A DNA stretch of 64,000 bases, taken from NCBI GenBank assembly GCA_026936335.1, contig JAPMXV010000026.1:206272-270271 (forward strand), read 5' to 3'. Under the pieces are notes generated by a model, which had not been told where the DNA came from, did no database searches, and was given only the letters and a program-made list of their open reading frames with translations. Numbering within the stretch: position 1 is the first letter of the stretch; every line of letters begins with the position of its first letter. The stretch comes from Mantamonas sphyraenae STR306 (lineage: Eukaryota; Protista; CRuMs). Both the position numbers and the translations under genes were made by a program. Shown one piece after another: positions 24,701 to 36,700 of this stretch.

Positions 24701-27700
24701 AACCTCGGGTGCACTGGAGCTGTCGCTGAATGGTGGACAGACGTACTCCAGCGTGGGAAGCGTTTCGGTGCTTCATCTGGACCGCTCGCCCGCCCTTGCG
24801 TCTGCAGGCAACGTCGTGGCACTTGCGGACGGTATGGCGGCAGTGACAGATGGTGTGGGTCAGATCAAGGTGTACCGCCGTGCGGATGGCTCCGTGACGA
24901 CGTGGAGCGAAGCAGCGACTGTGACGTTGACAGGACGGCCCTCGGGGTTGCACGTGGCCATGCTGGGCAATGTGATTGTGAGTGGCAGTCATGTGTTGAT
25001 GGGTAGCAACATGAACACGTGGGCTGTGAAGCGTACCGGAGATGGGGAAACTGTGACGAGTGTGGCGCTGAGCGAACGGCAGGCGTTTGTGGGCCAAAGC
25101 GGCTCCAACTCGGTGTTGGTGTTGTCGCGCAACCACGGTGGGCCAGACACATGGTCGCAGTTGGGATTCGTTTCGACGGGGCTTGCGGGCGATGTCGGGT
25201 TGGGCGCTTCGATGGACGTGGATTTCAAGCGGCGCTGGTTGCTTGTGAGCGATGCCCAAGCGGCTGCGGGATGCGGTCGCGTGCACGTATTTGCATTGCA
25301 AAGCGAGGATACACTCCCAAAGCGCGTGCATACTCTGGCCTGCGAGGGCGGGAGCAGTTCGTTTGGGGCAACCCTTGCAGTGCACACGTCTGTGTTGGCT
25401 GTGGCAGATGCGCAAAACCGTGTTCATATCTATGATACAGCGACATGGACGCGCACGTCCATGCTTATGCTGGATACGGGTGTGGAGCACGTGTCTGTGC
25501 CAAATGACGCCACACTTGTTGTGGGACTCGCAAACGGAGAGACGCACGTGTACACGCTGGACAAGGATGGCACCTGGCAACTGCGCAACAATGGATACCG
25601 AGGACGCACACCGAGTGCAGATGCACTGCAGGGAGTGACCCTGAGTGGGAGCGGCGCGGGATCTGTGCCGTGTCCGGACTCGCAGTGCTACGACTTTCTG
25701 TCGGAATCGTGTGTGGTCGTTTGTGCGTACTCGGGGCCGCACTATGTGTTTCCGGATGCGCTGAACGGAAGCAGCCATGCTGACGTTGTGGGAGGAGGGT
25801 TCGCCGTTGGATCGACGGTTGCGAGCGGACTGTCGGGCTGCACGCGTCAAAGCCATGCATGGTTTACATGCACCGGGGGCGTAAACGGCGCCGTGGGGAC
25901 AGTGAACGTGAGGGTGAGTGGTACAAGCCGCGATGCAAACGTGACCCGCCTCGGACCGGTGACAAATGTGCAATTTGGCAACAGTTCACGCGACGTGTCT
26001 GTGTATGCAGGTGCTCGTGTTGTGGTCACCGCCACGGGGTTGATGGAAACACGGCTGATGGTGTGCCAGTACCAGTACGGTGCCGCGTTGTTGTGGACGT
26101 ACGCGCGCAAAGAATCAGCTGCGATGTGGAGCTGCGCGACCCCCGTGGTGTCTGAGCAGGAGTCGGGTCTGTACACACTGAGTGTGAGTGCCGACGGCCA
26201 AGCGATGTACAGTGCGGGATTGGTGCACCTGTATCGTCCGCAACAGGTGGTTGGGAGCGGCGACACACTGGCAGTGCTTGGCAGCACTGCGCTCGTTGGT
26301 CGGGTGAGCTCACAGCGTGTGGATGTGTATGCCATGAACGACACGGCATGGACAAAGCACGGCACCATTGTCGATGCCGGACGTGCTGGGTTTGGCAGTG
26401 CAGTGGCGTTGAGCCTCCGGTACTTGGTCGTCGTGGCACAAAGTGCGTCGGTGTCTGTGTACAGGCGCCTGGCGTCAGTGAACAGCAACAACGGATGGGA
26501 TACGGACGGAAGAGAGGTGATCACCCTTGCTGGAGCGCAAACTGTGGCTGTGCACGGTGAACGGATCGCTGTGGGTGCGCCAACGTCCGGTACCGTCTGG
26601 GTGTTGACACGCACGGCGGACAACAACATCACCCGATTCTCTGTACAACACACGCTCACAGGCACAGCCAACAGCTTTGGCTGGTCTGTGGCTGTGGTGA
26701 ACGACGTGCTTGCAGTCGGATCGAACGCGGACAACGTCGTCCATGTGTACAACAGCTGGACGGGCGCACATATGCAGACGCTGAGCCAAGCTGGCAGTTC
26801 AGTGACGATGAACACAAGGTACATGGCTGCGGGGGCACCGGGTGGCACGCGAGTTTTGCTGTGGGCGTTGTCCAACGGCACGTGGTCGTTGGAGGCGACC
26901 GTAAACTCGGGGAGCGCGGGCTTCGGCAAGAGTGTGTCGTTGGGAGACCTGGACAGCAGCATGAGTGTGGCGTCAGACACGGGCGTGCATCAAGTTGTGC
27001 AAGGCGCGGTGGTGCGTACGATGCCGCTTGCCAACACCGCGCAGGTGTCCCATTCGACTCTGTACGGCTCACTGGCACGCACCAGCGCAGGGGTTGTGCA
27101 CGTGGTGAATCGAGTTTGCTCGCGTCCTTGGTGTTTTGATGTGATGAGCGGCAGCTGCAGTGCCTCGTGTGCAAGCTCAGCTAGCCGTGTGGCGCCTGCG
27201 TCGGGACCGCAGACGGGCGGCACACGCGTGGAACTGCTGGGAACAAACATGGGTGCCAATGTCACGCTGACATGGCGTGCGCCGGATGGTGGCAATGTGC
27301 AAGTGCCGTGCTACACAGTGGGCCCGGATAGACTTGTGTGCACCACGCCTGCGTTTGCGCAGACGGGTGTCCACACATACGGGCAGGTCAACTTTACGGT
27401 GTATGCAACGCCGTCGATCAACGCTGTTGTGCTTCAAGGCAGTGGCTCACTGGATGTGGGTGGCAGCGCGGTCGTGCTGCTGGGTGCGTTTGCGCTTCAC
27501 GTCGATGTGGCAGTGTGTCGATTCACACCGCCCAGTGAAAGCGTAAGCGTTGCTGTGTACGAGAGTGCCACGCGTGTGCGATGCACGTCACCGCCGTCGG
27601 ACGTGATTGGGTACAAGAGCGTGCAGTACGCGCCGAACGGAGCACAGTACGTGGAGGTGCCGGTGACGTTTTACAACGCACGCAGCAGCGCTACACTGAG

Positions 27701-30700
27701 CAGTGCAGGTGGACTGTCGCTGGGCACATTCGAGTCTCAGGCGCTGCTCAGCGGTGCGTTGTGGCGATACAACGGCAGCAGCGCAACGTGGGCAACTGTT
27801 GGTACGCTGGACGCAGGTGCGTCGTTGCCTGCAAGCTTTGCCCCTGGGGTAGTGCTGGTGGGCACACGACTGTTTGAGTGGACCAATGGGACATTTGTGG
27901 AGCGCGCCACGCTGGCTGCCCCCGAGACAGTGACTGGGTTCGCGTTTGGGTCGCAGGTGGCCGTGTCTGCCAGCCACGCCTTTGTGGCTGCGCCAAACCA
28001 GCAAGGACGAGTGTATGTGTACGAGCGCAACTCGCCTAGCGTTGGCGCGTGGTCGCACGTGCACACCGTAACTGCACCGGGGACGGTGGCTGCTTCGGAT
28101 GCGTTTGGAGCGAGCGTCGCTGTGAGCAAGGAGTACCACGGCGCGTACCTGGCCGTGGGTGCACCTGGACGAGCGAGTGTGCATTTGTACGGACGGCACC
28201 AGGGCGGCACAAACACGTGGGGCCTGGTGTCTTCGTTGGAAGGCACGGCGGCCACGCAGTATGGCGCGAGTGTGTCTCTCAGTGCAGCAGACGCACCAGG
28301 CGGCATGATGCTTGCGGTAGGATGCCCTGGCTGTTCAGGAGGGTCTGGGCGTGTGATGGTGACCACTGGAGGAAGCACACCCAGCGTTGTGGCAACACTG
28401 CAGGCTGCGTCGGGCGTGACAGGATTTGGCACGGCGGTGAGCATGCATGTGTACGGACAGCAGCTTGCTGCTGCTGCTTCAACGCGTGTGTACGTGTTTG
28501 GACGTGATGGAAGCGGTGCGTGGACGCGACGACGTGAACTGAGCGTGAGCGGATCACCAGCGTCTGTGCAGTTGACCGCTTCGTCGAGGCTGCTTGCAAG
28601 TGGCAGCGACACGCGGGACGTGATGCCGCTGTGTCCAGCGCCTGGGTGTTTCAACACGGCGCAATGGCAGTGCGAGAGCAGCTGTGGATACCGCATTCGA
28701 GGCATGGATGTGCCGGCCGTGGATGCAGATGTGGCGTCACCCTTGACCGTTTTCGTTGGCAATGCACACGCAAACCGTGTGATCACGTTGTCCAACGCCA
28801 CATACTCGTGTAATGTGACGTGTACGGCCGCGACAGACGCGCCAGACCAACTCCACTGTGTGCTGCCACCTTGGGGCACGGTGGACCAGCTGTCGGTGCG
28901 TCTCGCCGGCAGAACGTTGGCTGCCAACGCATCCGAGACAACATTGTATGTGTATCGCATCACCGTGAATTCGCAGGTAGACAACGGCGATATTTCAGGA
29001 GGGCACGTGGTGTCCATTACGGGCAGTGGGTTCACGGGGGCTGGAAACGTACAAGGCGTGGCCCAGTGTGTGTTTGGCACGCGCGTGGTCAGTGCCACTG
29101 TCGTCAGCAATACGATGATTACGTGTGTTGCACCTGCCGTGACATCGCCGGTTTCGGTGGATCTGAATGTGACGCTGAATGGGCGCGAGTACCTTGCTGC
29201 AGGGCGGTTTGTACATGTGCGCCTGCAGGAACGTGTGGAAGAGAGCGCCAGGAAGCAGGTGGTGTCTCTTGGCTGGACTCAAATCGGGGCGACGGACAAC
29301 GTGAATTACGTCGTCAGCAGGAACATGCGCGTGCAGCAGGCGTGGTACCGCGCCGCAACGGTGACGAGCACTGGCACGGGTTTTGGCTGGGTACACGCGT
29401 ACCAGAATATCATGGCCAGTGGTGGCGATGGGGTGGCGTATTTGTTTGCACGCGGTCCAAACAACACATACGGCGCAGAAGTGCAGCTGTCACATGGTTC
29501 GTTGGCGCAGGCCGGGGAGAACTACGGACGCGTTGTTGCTGTGGGACGAGATGTTGTACTTGCCAGTGCACATCGCTACCAGGATGGAAGTGTTGTCAAC
29601 GCCGGTCGCGTGTTGATGTTTTTGCGCAACCGGGGCGGTGCAGACACGTGGGGATTCCACCAGGAACTGAAGCTGTCGCCGCCGCAAGGGGTCACTTTTG
29701 GCAGGCGGATTGTTGTCAACACGGATCCCGGCAGACAAGACGAACTGATTGTTGTTGGATCGCCACCAAACAACATGGCGTGGCTGTTCCAGCGCGGTGC
29801 GACCAGCAGCCCGGAGCAGCGAGACACGTGGTCTCTGATCAAGACGTTTACGGGCCCCAACAACAACCGCTTCAGTGCGGGGTTGTCGCTGACGTACGAC
29901 TACTTGGTTGTGGGTTCGAGCAACTTCAACGGAGGCCAGGGCAGACTACAGGTGTACCGCCGTGCGGATGGCTGGGCGACGGACACAGCATTGGTGCTGA
30001 CGAAAGAGTCGCCCAGCGCGACGGACTTGCTTGGCGAGAACGTGGCCATCAGTGACGACTCACGTGTTGTGGTTGCGTCTGCAAGCGGGTATGCAGGCGG
30101 ACGCGGAGCGGTGGCTGTGTTTGTGCGCGACGGCCCGACGACTTGGACCAACACACAGGTGCTGCTCGCCTCGGATTCGACAAGCACCTCTGTGAAGCTA
30201 GGTGAGGATGCAGTGGCCATGTCGGACGCGGCCATCGTGGCGACATCTCCTCAGCGAGGCCTGTACGTGTTGACGCCGGCGTGCCTGGAGTATTGCTTTG
30301 ACAAGGTGACATGGAAATGCAGCGCCTGCGAAAAGACGCTGCTGGACACACGGCCGCGCAACATGCCGGAAACGGGAGGCACGCTGCTGCGCGTGTACGG
30401 AAAACGCTTTGAGACGGGCGTGTCGGACACGGTGGAACTGCGCAACGCCAGCAACAACGCCCTGCTGGCAAGCATCACATGCACGGTCCACTCGGACATC
30501 CAGCTTGTGTGCAACGTTCCTGCGTTGGCTTCAAGTGGTCTCACGGGTGCCGTGGCTGTGAATGTGGTGCAAACGGCAACGCAGTCGTCTGTGACGGTGT
30601 CGATGTATCCCAGCGTTGCTGTGACGTCGCTGTCGACACACAATGTGCGAGTCATCGGCGGTGAATCAGTCACACTTACGGGAACAGGGTTTGTGCAGAC

Positions 30701-33700
30701 GGACGAGAGCGTGTGCCGTTTTGGAAACGCGTCCCTGCGCGTACGTGCGCGTGTGTTGAGCAGCTCCCAGGTCGTGTGTGTGACGCCTGCTACGAGTGGA
30801 CCGCGTGCACCAGCGCCCCTGAGCTACAGTCAGAACGAACAACAGTTTGTGAACGGGCCGGATGTGCTGTACTATCGCAAGACATCGCCTGTGTTGTCCT
30901 TCTACAACCTGACCAGCGCGGCGTCGCTGGTGGCTGGTGAGACTCAGGTGACGGCGACTGTGCACCTGCGCACACTCGATGGGCTTGCACATCCTGCGTA
31001 TTACCCGACCCAACAAGTGGATACGGTGACGTGTGATGTGGCCGAGGTCGTGCAAGCGTCTGGATCGGTAGTCCGTGTGCTGTCAAGCAACGGCACAGCA
31101 GTGGTTGACTCATCCACTCTGGCGTGCGTGTTGCCCACCCTGAATGTGTCGTCCAAGTCGTTGGGTGCTGGGAACGAGTACCGCCTGCGCGTCTCTGTGG
31201 ATGGCGTGGCGGTCACGGGCAACGCGCAGCCAACGGTTTATGTTGCGCCAGCGGCCGTGGATCCCGCACGCTGCTCTCTACTTGCGTCTACGACGACCTC
31301 CATGGCTCTGAGCCACTCTGCCGTGCAGGTGGCCAGTGGCGTGCGCGTGGTGGCGCGCGATCGTTTTGGCAACGCACTGACCGACGACGCCACGGTACTG
31401 ATGATGAACGCAACTTACGCGTTGGGCTCTGCCAATGTGCTCAACACAGCGATGACACGAAGTGCCGTCGGGTCGCCTGATTACACCGCTGTGTACACAC
31501 CGACGGCAACGGGTCAGCTCATCCTGCGTGTGACAGCGGGCGGCGTCGACATTGCGGGGTCACCTGTGTTTGTGAGTGTGCTGGGTGCAGCTACGTACAG
31601 TGCGCTTGCGCCAAACCTGGGACCCACCACGGGTGGCACACGCATCACAGTGACAGGCACCAACTTTGTGGCATCGCCGCAAGCACGAGCGTGGATCGGC
31701 AGCGCAGCTTGTGTCGTGGAAGTGATATCCACCACGCAGATGGTGTGCATCACGCCGACCACGGGTCTGTCTGCCAACGCCACGTTGAATTTGACGAACA
31801 ATGGGGTGAACAGCGCGGCCGGCGCTGCGTACTTTAGCACGTACACGCCCGAGACGATGGTTCCTTCGATTGTGCCGAACAACGGCAAGTCGTCGGGCGA
31901 TACAGAGGTGACGATTGTGGGCACTGGCTTTGTGGACAATGCCTATCTGACTTGTCTGTTTGGGGACACGGTGTCTCAGACCAGGGCCACGTTTGTGTCG
32001 AGCACCAAGCTGATCTGCCTGTCACCTCCACGCGACCCGGGACGTGTGCGTGTCGCCGTGTCCAACAACGCACAACAGTACACGGCCGACATTGCTACGG
32101 GAGACACGTTTACGTTCATCGAGCTGTTTTCGCCGCTGTGTCGCCAAACAACGGAGCTGGAGCCGTTCCAGCGGGAGCGACAGGGACTCGGCGTCCCGTA
32201 TCTGGCCAACCTGGCCATAGAGGCCACGGTGACCTCTGCAGATGCGCGCTCGTCCAACGGCAACTCTCTGTCTGGGATCGTCGATGCTGACCGCTGTTGC
32301 CAAAAGACAAACGTGACGCAGGCATTCAAGTGTGGCCTGAACTTTCCGCAGTTCAACACGACCTATCAAAACGACACAGATGTGGTTGCGGTGCAGGTGG
32401 ACCTGGTACGCGAGGCGTTTGTGAACCAGTTTGTGGTGTCGTGGTTCCAGCCGTGCCGCAACCTGCCCAAGGCTTACTACCTGGACATGTGGAACCCGAG
32501 TACGCTCTCGTGGCAAGCGTTGATCACACGTGTGGGCAAGCAAGACGGTGTGGCCTTTGGCTCGCAGCGTCCGTGCTTCTTTGTGCCTTCCGATCAGGCC
32601 GACGCAGCGTTGTGTTCCGACTTTACGACGTCCGAAGTGCGTGGCTCGCGTTTCCGCGTGCGCTGGAACAACACGCTGGCGTTCATGGGCAGCACGGCAT
32701 CGTCGGATGGCGGTTGGTTGTACGAGCTGGAGGTGCATGGCGTGTACACGGACACGCCCGAGAGCGTCCAATTTGCGGGCACCCACAACCAAAGTGTCGC
32801 GGCAGTGGCCCAGCAGTCCTTGGCCACAATCTCCATGCGCACGTACAATCACCAAAACGAACTTTTGGGTGCCAATGACACGAGTTCGGTGTGGATGGCG
32901 ATGAACGTGACACGCGACGGCCAACCTGTGCCCGAAACGATGCTCAGCGGCACACGCAACGTCACGTTTGCGGCAGGCACTGCCAATTTCACAGACTTGG
33001 CACTGGTACGCCCCACAGTGGGCGTGTACCGCCTTCACTTTACGAGCAACCTGGCCGCCGTATCAGCGGTGAGCGCCTATGTCACGGTGTCGGTGGGCCC
33101 TGCCGTGGAGATGCGGCTGATGACGTTTGCCACGCAGACATACGCGACCCAACAGACTGTGGCACTGGCCACGGCCACGCTACACATGTACGACGCAGGC
33201 AACAATGCGGTGGGCGTGTCCGATTCATCACGCACGGTGGTTGCGAGCTTGCGCAACGTGTCGCAGAGTCTGAGTGGCGTGACAAACGCAAGCAGCAGTG
33301 CAGGCGTGGCAACACTGAGCGCCATGTCGCTGACAGCGCCGGTTCCGGGTGTGTATGTTTTGGACTTTGAAACGTTTGGACTGGTGAACGCCTCGACGAC
33401 GTTCACCATCACGTCCGGGGCACCATACACACTGTTGGTGCCGCCTGAGGGGTTCAACAGCACGTTCAAAGTGCAACATGTGGTGCATTTGACCAGCATA
33501 CGCGTCGAGGCGCGCGATGCGAGCAACACACTGACGACGTTGGTCACAGCGCCATTGACCCTGCGCATGGCCAACACAAGCGCTCAGCTGAATGGAAACA
33601 CCAGTGTGGACGTTCCATTTGTGGGTGGCGTGGCACAGGTTGCCGGCTTGACGCTGGGACCCAGTTTGGCCCCAGGAACTTATGTGATGGAGTTGACGAG

Positions 33701-36700
33701 TGCAGTGAGCGCAAGAAACGCCACGGTGGCCATTGTGCTGACCGAAGGTGTGGCCACGACCCTTTCTGTGGTAAACAACAAGCTGGGCTCTGTGCAGGCA
33801 AAGACAAACACGCAGGTCCCGAGTGTGATCGTCCTCGGCTTGGATGCCAGTGGGACGTACAGTGGTGCAGCAGACACAACACGCACTGTGACTGCGGTTC
33901 TGCTGAGCAAACCGAGCGGCGCTGGCAGTGTGCAGCTTCAGGGCACCACGAGCGTGCAGACGTCCGTGTCCAACGCCACCTTTGCCTCGATGACGCTGAG
34001 TCAGCCTGTATTGGGAGGATACGTCATTCGCTTCAGTAGTGCGTCGGTGTCGCACGTAGACGTGACTGTGAATGTGACGGCAGGTGCGGGTGTGGCGTTG
34101 CAGCTGACGTCCGCGCCTGTGGTGAGCAACTTGCGCTCGGAAGTCAACACGAGTGTCCCGAGCATTTCGCTGCGTGTGATTGACGGTGGCGGCAACGATG
34201 TGGGCGCGTTGGATACACAGCAGCGTACGGTGACCATCAACAGCACACAGCTGCAGCTGGAGGGCAATGTGGCCACGAGCAATGCGGGCGTGGTCACGTT
34301 TGGTGCTTTGAGCTTGCGACGACCTGTGCGCGGAACATACAATGTCACTGTGAATAGTGACGGCTTGGAGAGCACCCAAGTGACTCTTGTGGTTGTCCTG
34401 GGCCCCATTGAGAATGTGCTCGGTGAGACGAGCTCGCTGGGCGAGATTGCGAGTGCAGCCGAGGTTGCTCTTGCGCAACTCGTGCTCAATCTGAGGGACG
34501 CCGGCGGGCAAAACGTGGCCATGGAAGACGTGAGCAACACAGTGCTGGTTGTGAGTAGCAACAGCAGCAGCGTGGGTCTGGCGGGCGTGTTGACGTACAA
34601 CTTGACTGCGGCCAACAGCTCACGTGTGGTGCTGCGAAACCTGTTTGTGCGCACCCCTGTGTCTGGACACTATGCGTTGACTGTGACCGTGAGTCGGGCC
34701 CCATTGGGCTTTGTGGGCAATGTCACAGTGCCGTTGCGAGTGCGCTTTGGCGAGCCGTACCGTTTGGTGGCTGCGTGGGATCACGGCAACGTGCTGACGA
34801 CGGCGCCGCGTGTGGATGTGCCCAACGTGACTGTGACTGTGCAGGATTTGGCGGGCAACGACGTGTTGTCCATGCAGCCACTGAATGTGCAGCTCGTGTC
34901 TGCGCAGCTGCAGCTGTTGGGCAACACCACGGCAGCGCTGGACACACGTGCCACAGCGCGTCTGCAAGGCGTGTTTGTCAACGCACCGGCCAACGATTCG
35001 TATCTCCTTACGGTTCAAGCGACAGGTCTGCTGCCGAGCAACCTGACACTTGTGGTAGGTGAGGGCGTGGCGTACAGGCTGAATCTGCTGCAGTTGTCGG
35101 GTGGAACGTACCGTTCCAGTGCATCTGTGGCGCTGTCGTCCGTTGGTGTGGTTGCTGTGGACGTGCGCGGCAACGAAGTGCCCAGTGGGTTGCAGGTGGC
35201 ACGAAATGTCACGCTGGAGAATCTCAACGCGACGGCGGTGGACCTGAACGGTGTGACAGTGCGCTCGATGGTGGCCAATCGCGTCGACTTTACGGGGTTG
35301 ACGCTTCTTGCGCCTCGCGCAGGCGAGTATGTGCTGGAACTGAGCAGCGGGGCGTTGCTGCCCGCCCAGGTCCGTGTGACGGTGACTGTGGGTGAGCCGG
35401 TGGAACTGCGCTTGCACACACCGATGTCGGGTCGCTTTGATTCGGTATCCCTCGAGACAGTGACTGTGTCTGGCGTGGTGGTGCGAGGCTACGATGCTGG
35501 AGGTAGCATGGTGGCAGCGGCGCAACAGGGCGCGTACAACGTGAGTGCGGTGAGCACGGGGGCTGCCGCTCTGCCATGGAAGGACACGAGCGAGCTGCAA
35601 CGCCCTATGGGTGCGGGCGAGGCGTCGTTCTCTCTGGCGTTGCACAAGCCGGCACGTGGCCAGTACCGCGTGACGTTTGTCAGCGGCAGCATGCGCAACA
35701 CCAGTCTAGACGTGGTCATCGCCATGGGGCCTGCATACGCACTGCAGGTAATCAATCCCCGTGCAGCGCCGTACCTGGCTGCAATCACAGTGCAGGTTGC
35801 GCCGCTGCAGGTACGCGTGCTGGACGCAGGTGGAGGAGTGACCAACACGACCGAACTGCAGATCAATGTGACAACGCAGCAAGACGCGCAATCGTTTGGT
35901 GGTGTGCGTAGCGTGACGACAGTGGGTGGCGTGGCTGTGTTTGACACGCTTACGTACGGTCGGCCGTCGCCAGTCCCGCACACGCTGGAATTCGAGGCCA
36001 GCAACCAACTGCGGGTCAACGAGACCCTCACCGTGCTAGTGGGCAACATGGTGCAGCTGAGCCTGGAGAGTGTGCGCACGTTTACGTCTCCGTCGTTGTG
36101 GACGGTGCCTTTGCCGCCGGTGGTGGCTGTGGGCCAGGATCCAGCCGGCAACTTTGTGGGCGACCAAGATGTGCTGGACCGTGTGGTGTACGTGTACATC
36201 AACGCGTCGGCGACGTCGCTGCTGCAGGGTGTCAATTCACGATCGATGGTGGAGAGCAACGTGACGGTGGCCGGACTGTGGCTTGCACGTCCGCCCGCAG
36301 GGGTGTATGTGCTGTCGGTGGTGAGCACCGACTTGGAGGGCCAAGAGGTGTTGGTTACGATTACGGTGGGGCCTGCCACGGGTCTGGAGAGTGTGGCGCA
36401 GGCGATGACGTTGGCGAGCAACGACTCGAGTGTCGTGCCTGCGTTCCGCGTGTATGTCGTGGATGCAGGCGGAAACCGACTGTACGGACAAGATACCGGG
36501 ACACGAGCACTGTCCGTGGACATCAGTGGCAGTGGCCAGGCGAACCTGGGTGGCCAGGTGTCGTTCAACACGGTCGCAGGCGCAGCAAACATCACAGGCG
36601 TGCTTCTGCGTGCGCCTCAGCACGGTTTCTACAACTTGAGTGTCAACACGGCTGGACTCAACGCCACGTCTGTTCCACTGCGTGTTGTGCTGGGCCAAGG

